Shown here piece by piece: positions 13,068 to 17,746 of a DNA stretch of 17,746 nt. The DNA is taken from NCBI GenBank assembly GCA_029261515.1, contig JAJDBE010000199.1, positions 1 to 17,746 of the forward strand. The letters run 5' to 3'. Every line of letters starts with the position of its first letter. Positions within the stretch are counted from its first letter, which is position 1. The notes below the pieces were generated by a model. The model made no database searches. It was not told where the DNA came from and saw only the letters and a list, made by a program, of their open reading frames with translations. The translations under genes and the position numbers were made by a program. The DNA comes from Nitrospinaceae bacterium. GTDB lineage: Bacteria; Nitrospinota; Nitrospinia; Nitrospinales; VA-1.

Positions 13068-14372
13068 TTAAGGTCGGGCTGAATTTCCTGAGGGGCGGGA
13101 TGGTGAGCGCCGGCGCCGGGGTTTGCTTTTGACGTGTTTTTTATTTGTGTCGGATTTACGTGGGGGAGGGCGCTTGGTTTTATGGCGTCTTGGTGGTTCT
13201 CCCTCTTTGCCTTTAAGGAATAATTCCTCTTCCGCCCAGACAACGGGAATCTTGTCCTTCAAATAATCTTCCACCCGTTCGAGATGCTGGGCGTAATTCT
13301 CGCAGCACAGGGTGATGGCGGTGCCTTTGGCTCCTGCGCGTGCGGTCCTGCCGATGCGGTGCACGTAATCTTCCGGGTCCTGTGGCAGGTCGTAGTTGAT
13401 GACGTGGGTGATGTTGTCGACGTGGATGCCGCGTGAAGCGACGTCGGTGGCGATCAAGATGTCGAGATCGCCGGAACCGAATCTTTCGAGAACCCGGATG
13501 CGCGCATTTTGATTCAGGTCGCCGCTGATCTGCCCGGCGTTGTATCCGTTATGCTTCAGTTTGGTCTCCAGCCGTTCGGCCATGGCCTTGGTGTTGCAGA
13601 AGATGAGTACTTTTTCGCCTTCCTCCTGCTTGAGCAGTCCGAGAAGCAGATTGGGTTTTTCATGGTGCCCGACGTGGTAGAGAAGCTGCTGAACATTGTC
13701 CACGACGGTCTTTTCCGGTTCGATCGTCACTTTTTCAGGATTGTTCATGTGTTCGTAACACAGTTCCATGACCCGGAAATTGAGTGTCGCCGAAAACAGC
13801 ATCGACAGGCGTTTGTTGTAGGGCGAAGTGTTCCGGAGCAGATAGCGCAAATCCTGAATGAAGCCCATGTCGAACATGCGGTCGGCTTCGTCGATGACCA
13901 GAACCTCCACCAGTTTCAAACTGAAAAACTTCTGTTTGTAGTAATCGATCAGACGGCCTGGAGTGGCGATGAGAATGTCGACTCCGGCTTTGATCTGATT
14001 GCGTTGTTTGTCGTAGTCCATGCCGCCGTAAATGCAGACGACATTGAGACCGCAATGCTTGCCTAGAAGCAGAGCGTCTTTTTCGATCTGCCGCGCCAGC
14101 TCACGCGTCGGGGCGATGACGAGGGCGCGTGGACCCACCATTCCCTTTCTTGCCGGCGGTGGAGCTTTCTCCAAAAGCCGGGTGAATATGGTGATCAGAA
14201 ACGCCGCGGTTTTCCCGGTTCCTGTTTGCGCCTGTCCAGCCACATCTTTGCCGCCAAGGGTGATGGGCAACGTGGCGCTTTGAATGGGGGTGCAGTACTT
14301 AAAATCAGCGTCCCGGATGCCGTTTAATACGGATTCCGGAATGGGGAGGGACTCAAATGTTGTTTGCTCCAA
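13068..14372 (-). CDS. rhlB: DEAD-box ATP-dependent RNA helicase (RhlB-like) with a basic C-terminal tail
   Basis: The Q motif is F.YCTPIQ, motif I is AQTGTGKT, Ia is PTRELA, and TPGR, VIDEADRM (DEAD), SAT and HRIGRTARAG follow. The context LPITLGGKDVAGQAQTGTGKTAAF is RhlB-like. The tail is Arg/Lys/Pro-rich. The maximal ORF runs to ATG 14501, but that 43-codon extension is AT-rich, not helicase-like and lacks an SD. TTG 14372 has GGAG 6 nt upstream and gives the usual (M)EQTTFESL N-terminus. Confidence 0.88.
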   Translation of the reverse strand: MEQTTFESLPIPESVLNGIRDADFKYCTPIQSATLPITLGGKDVAGQAQTGTGKTAAFLITIFTRLLEKAPPPARKGMVGPRALVIAPTRELARQIEKDALLLGKHCGLNVVCIYGGMDYDKQRNQIKAGVDILIATPGRLIDYYKQKFFSLKLVEVLVIDEADRMFDMGFIQDLRYLLRNTSPYNKRLSMLFSATLNFRVMELCYEHMNNPEKVTIEPEKTVVDNVQQLLYHVGHHEKPNLLLGLLKQEEGEKVLIFCNTKAMAERLETKLKHNGYNAGQISGDLNQNARIRVLERFGSGDLDILIATDVASRGIHVDNITHVINYDLPQDPEDYVHRIGRTARAGAKGTAITLCCENYAQHLERVEDYLKDKIPVVWAEEELFLKGKEGEPPRRHKTKRPPPRKSDTNKKHVKSKPRRRRSPSRPSGNSARP

Positions 14373-14760
14373 GGGGTGCTCCAGTTGCGTGAAGGGCTGG
14401 GTTGCGCATTCGCCGCGGGAAAAAGGGTAGTGTATTGAGAGTTGACCGATTAAATATGTTCTACTAATTAAGCTTATCCGATCATTATATTTCCTTATCA
14501 TTCTATTTCAATAGGAAACTCATTTTTCTTGACAGGGAACGATGGATAATGGTTCAATACGCCCTTCAATTTTAGCCAGTTAACGTGATACCGAAAAGCC
14601 CCGCCAGCACTTTTTTCTTAGTTTTGAACAGGTTCCGATACCTGTCTCCCAGGCGCTTTCAATGTTGCGAACCCATACTGGCGGAAGTATGCCGCCGCTA
14701 AAATTGTCCGATTTTTTGTTAAAAAAGTGATTACTATCAAATAGTTAAGAGTATATTGCT

Positions 14761-16470
14761 GTGATAAAACATGATGTAATTATTGTAGGCGCAGGATTGG
14801 CCGGAATGCGCGCGGCCATCGAAGTATCGAAAGAGCTGGATGTCGCGCTCCTCACCAAAGTGTATCCTTCCCGATCTCATTCCGGTGCCGCGCAGGGGGG
14901 AATCGCCGCAGCTCTTGGAAATTCGGAGTCCGACAGTTGGGAAGAGCATATGTACGACACCGTCAAGGGCGGTGATTTTCTCAACGACCAGGACGCCGTC
15001 GAAGAATATGTGAAATCTGCGCCGCGCATCATCTACGAGCTGGAACACATGGGTTGTGTTTTCAGCCGCACGCCGGAAGGCAAAATCGCGCAACGCAGTT
15101 TCGGCGGCCATTCCAAACCACGAGCCTGTTTTTCCGCCGACCGCACAGGCCACGCCATTCTGCACGCGCTGCACGAGCAGTTGATGAAGCAGAGCAAAAC
15201 CATCAAAATTTATAACGAATGGTACATGCATTCCCTCATCACCGAGGGCAATCGCTGTAACGGTGTTGTGGTCAGCGACATCCGCACCGGTGCGGTGGAA
15301 GTCATGCATGCCAAGGCGGTGATTTTTTGTACCGGAGGTTACGGCAGGGTATTCAAGATCACCACCAATGCGTTTGCCAGCACGGCGGATGGCGTTATGG
15401 CGGCGTTCGACGCCGGGGTCCCTATGGAAGATCCGGAATTCGTGCAGTTTCATCCTTCCGGGTTGTACCGGCAGGGAATTTTATTTTCCGAGGCGGCGCG
15501 TGGCGAAGGCGGTTATCTGCTAAACGGCAAGGGCGAGCGGTTTATGGAAAAATACGCACCTTCCAGAATGGAACTGGCGCCACGCGATATCGTCGCTCGC
15601 GCCGAGCAAAGTGAAATCGACGAAGGCCGTGGCGTGAACGGCGAAGATTACATTCATCTCGATCTGAGACACCTGGGGGAAGCCAGAATCATGGAACGCC
15701 TGCCGCAGATCCGCCAGTTGGGAATCGACTTTATTTCGGTCGATTGTGTGAAAGACCCGTTGCCGATTCAGCCGACGGCGCATTATTCCATGGGCGGCAT
15801 TCCTACCAACAAATTCGGTCAGGTGATTGTCGATGGCGAGGGAACGAAGATGGAAGGGTTTTTTGCCGCCGGGGAATGCGCCTGCGTTTCGGTGCATGGC
15901 GCCAATCGGCTGGGAACGAATTCTCTGCTGGATGCTACGGTGTTTGGCGAGCGTTCCGGAAAGTCTGCTCTCGAGTATGCAAAAACTGTGGATTTTGCCA
16001 AAGTCAATGAAGGCCGCGAAAAGACCAAGGTGCTGAAATTATTTGAGGATATTTTTCAACGCGATGGGACTGAAAGTTATAATCAAATCCGCGATGAGAT
16101 GAAAGTGGAAATGATGAAAAACTGTGGTGTGTTCCGGGACGATGAAAAACTGAAAGTGTGCATCGACAATATTAAAAAGCTTCAATCCCGTTTTAAAAAC
16201 GGTAAAGTGACCGATAAGGGTAAACTGTTTAACACGGAAATTTACGAGATCATCGAACTGGGGAATATGCTACGCGTGGCTGAGATCATTGCTGTCGCGG
16301 CCCTGGCGCGTAATGAAAGCCGGGGTGGGCATTACCGCACGGATTTTCCCAAGCGCGACGACGTGGATTTCCTCAAGCACACGCTGGTGCATGGCTCGGA
16401 AGAGGGACTGGAGCTTAAGTACAAACCGGTGGTGATCACCAAACATCAACCTGCGGAAAGAACTTATTGA
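14761..16470 (+). CDS. sdhA: Succinate dehydrogenase / fumarate reductase flavoprotein subunit
   Basis: 569 aa with a GTG start. The FAD fold is [15 protein letters not shown]. The covalent-FAD His context is [11 protein letters not shown]. Also present are HPSG, the active-site region RGEGG and the ESRGGHYR motif. Confidence 0.95.
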   Translation: MIKHDVIIVGAGLAGMRAAIEVSKELDVALLTKVYPSRSHSGAAQGGIAAALGNSESDSWEEHMYDTVKGGDFLNDQDAVEEYVKSAPRIIYELEHMGCVFSRTPEGKIAQRSFGGHSKPRACFSADRTGHAILHALHEQLMKQSKTIKIYNEWYMHSLITEGNRCNGVVVSDIRTGAVEVMHAKAVIFCTGGYGRVFKITTNAFASTADGVMAAFDAGVPMEDPEFVQFHPSGLYRQGILFSEAARGEGGYLLNGKGERFMEKYAPSRMELAPRDIVARAEQSEIDEGRGVNGEDYIHLDLRHLGEARIMERLPQIRQLGIDFISVDCVKDPLPIQPTAHYSMGGIPTNKFGQVIVDGEGTKMEGFFAAGECACVSVHGANRLGTNSLLDATVFGERSGKSALEYAKTVDFAKVNEGREKTKVLKLFEDIFQRDGTESYNQIRDEMKVEMMKNCGVFRDDEKLKVCIDNIKKLQSRFKNGKVTDKGKLFNTEIYEIIELGNMLRVAEIIAVAALARNESRGGHYRTDFPKRDDVDFLKHTLVHGSEEGLELKYKPVVITKHQPAERTY

Positions 16471-17408
16471 TGGCGACGTTCAAGATCAAACGCTACAATC
16501 CGGAAAAGCAGGCGGAACCTTATTTCGAGGATTTTGACCTCGATATCCCCGATGGCGCGACACTGCTCGACTGCATCAACCTGATCAAGTGGACGCAGGA
16601 CGGCAGTCTGACCTACCGCATGTCCTGCAGAAGCGCCATCTGCGGTTCCTGCGCGGTGAAAGCCAACGGCCATGCGGTGCTCGCCTGTCAGAAGCAGGCG
16701 GTCAGCCTGGTGAAGGACGGCGCCGTGCAGATCGAGCCTCTGGGCAATATGAAACCCATCAAGGATCTGGTGGTCGACTTCGCCCCCTTCTGGGACAAGA
16801 TCAACAAGGTCAAACCCTATCTACAGACAGAAGACACTCCGCCTCAAAAAGAAAGAACCCAGTCGCCGGAAGAGTTCCGGCTGATCGACGACACCAGCAC
16901 CTGTATCATGTGCGGCGCGTGTTATTCCGACTGCAATGTGCTGGAGGTGGACGACAATTTCCTGGGGCCCGCGGCTCTGGCCAAGGCACAGCGCTTTGTC
17001 GGCGATTCCCGCGACAGCAAGACGCTGGAGCGGGTGACGGAACTCAGCGAACCCGGTGGCATCTGGGATTGCACGCATTGCGGGGAATGTGTGGAACGCT
17101 GTCCCAAACCGGCGGAACCGTTTTACCGCATCAAGGAAATCATGACGGTGGCGCTGGAGCAGGGGGTGCACAACAACAACGGCGCGCGGCATGCGTTGTC
17201 GTTCACCAAGTCCATCAAACACAGCGGTCGCCTCAATGAAAATATGATCCCTGTGGAATCGATGGGCTATTTTAATTTCAAGGGATTGATCGAACTCATC
17301 CCCATTGGCTTACGCATGCTGCTGAAACGAAAAATCCCGCCGATCATTCATAAGTCGATAGACGATGTGCAAGATGTGAAGCGTATTTTTAAGGAATTGG
17401 ATCAATGA
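16470..17408 (+). CDS. sdhB: Succinate dehydrogenase / fumarate reductase iron-sulfur subunit, with a four-Cys third cluster motif
   Basis: The [2Fe-2S] motif is CRSAICGSCAVKANG..LAC, the next cluster motif is CIMCGACYSDC, and the third is CTHCGECVERCP (17070-17105). ATG 16470 overlaps the sdhA TGA, and TTG 16467 is the alternative start. It has an extended C-terminus compared with classical SdhB proteins. Confidence 0.93.
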   Translation: MATFKIKRYNPEKQAEPYFEDFDLDIPDGATLLDCINLIKWTQDGSLTYRMSCRSAICGSCAVKANGHAVLACQKQAVSLVKDGAVQIEPLGNMKPIKDLVVDFAPFWDKINKVKPYLQTEDTPPQKERTQSPEEFRLIDDTSTCIMCGACYSDCNVLEVDDNFLGPAALAKAQRFVGDSRDSKTLERVTELSEPGGIWDCTHCGECVERCPKPAEPFYRIKEIMTVALEQGVHNNNGARHALSFTKSIKHSGRLNENMIPVESMGYFNFKGLIELIPIGLRMLLKRKIPPIIHKSIDDVQDVKRIFKELDQ

Positions 17409-17746
17409 AATTTGCTCTTTTTACCGGGTGCGTGTCTCAGGGTGCGACCCGCGAATTGATGGTGTCGACCCGCAAAGCCGCCGAAGGGCTGGGAATTGAT
17501 TTTGTCGAAATGAAAAGCGCGGCCTGTTGCGGAGCGGGCGTGTTGTCCGAGAAGAGTCCCATGCTGGCCGATGCGCTGAATGCCCGCACGTTTGCCATCG
17601 CGGAGAAACAGGGCCTGGACATTGTGACCATTTGTTCCACCTGCCAGGGCGTGCTCAAAAAAACCGAGTGCAATATTAAATCCGATGCCGAATACAAGAA
17701 AAAGATCAATCATATTCTGAGTGAAGGCGGCCATCAATACGACGGC
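17405..17746 (+). CDS. CCG-domain (HdrB-like, Cys-rich) subunit of a heme-less type-E-like SDH/FRD; 3'-truncated by the window edge and not in the ORF track
   Basis: I translated this by hand from ATG 17405 (ATGA overlap with the sdhB stop): MKFALFTGCVSQGATRELMVSTRKAAEGLGIDFVEMKSAACCGAGVLSEK...IVTICSTCQGVLKK...GGHQYDG. The frame stays open to the window end. The Cys pattern is C9-x31-C41C42G-x33-C77-x2-C80, which is the CCG-domain signature (C..CCG..CxxC). Confidence 0.8.
   Translation, partial: MKFALFTGCVSQGATRELMVSTRKAAEGLGIDFVEMKSAACCGAGVLSEKSPMLADALNARTFAIAEKQGLDIVTICSTCQGVLKKTECNIKSDAEYKKKINHILSEGGHQYDG

Noticed and set aside
13057-13076. A hairpin CGACCTT-tgcctt-AAGGTCG spanning the helicase stop codon, as a possible terminator between the helicase and DUF488.
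   Set aside because: The stem is only 7 bp and no T-tract follows on the minus strand. The two genes are 30 nt apart and probably co-transcribed.
14373-14501. The 43-codon N-terminal extension of the DEAD-box helicase ORF from ATG 14501.
   Set aside because: The segment is AT-rich and promoter-like, has no SD and is not helicase-like. TTG 14372 with GGAG at -6 gives a conventional N-terminus. I keep it as an alternative because an ATG start cannot be excluded without data.
14529-14557. TTGACA at 14529-14534 as the sdhA promoter.
   Set aside because: No acceptable -10 lies at 16-19 bp: GATAAT is only 10 nt away and GTTCAA is poor. The divergent 259-bp region surely holds promoters, but I cannot place them from sequence alone.

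Overview
Gene-dense bacterial chromosomal window on both strands. I saw no rRNA, tRNA, CRISPR array, transposase or integrase. Gene order: two tandem HtrA/DegP serine proteases (the first truncated by the window edge); an AT-rich ~3.7 kb accessory island (about 2.9-6.7 kb); NAD-dependent DNA ligase ligA; a cluster of small accessory genes (GNAT, orphan C39-like peptidase, NTF2-like, ArsR plus SRPBCC, Tat-signal intradiol-dioxygenase-like, VOC, YeaO/DUF488); a DEAD-box RNA helicase; and the start of a succinate dehydrogenase/fumarate reductase operon (flavoprotein, Fe-S subunit, and a CCG-domain subunit that runs off the 3' edge and is missing from the ORF track). The standout is the island. 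A MerR-family regulator (three-Cys divalent-metal type) is transcribed divergently from a textbook MerR promoter: TTGAAC, a 19-bp spacer, TATATT, and a perfect 23-bp palindrome. That promoter drives six tightly packed or overlapping minus-strand genes: DUF169, MerT-like Hg(II) transporter, class I SAM methyltransferase, an HgcA-like corrinoid-domain membrane protein (cap helix NVWCAAAEG with the Co-ligand Cys conserved), a 62-aa Cys-Cys peptide, and a tandem TRASH/YHS Cys-rich protein. There is no merA, merB, merP or hgcB ferredoxin. I interpret this as a metal-inducible corrinoid/SAM methyl-transfer module for mercury or another thiophilic metal, differing from both classical mer and hgcAB loci. 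All family assignments come from motif recognition by eye and need profile or structure searches. Taxon cannot be established. An HgcA-like gene plus a heme-less CCG-type SDH/FRD is compatible with Nitrospina-like or similar lineages, but that is only a guess.
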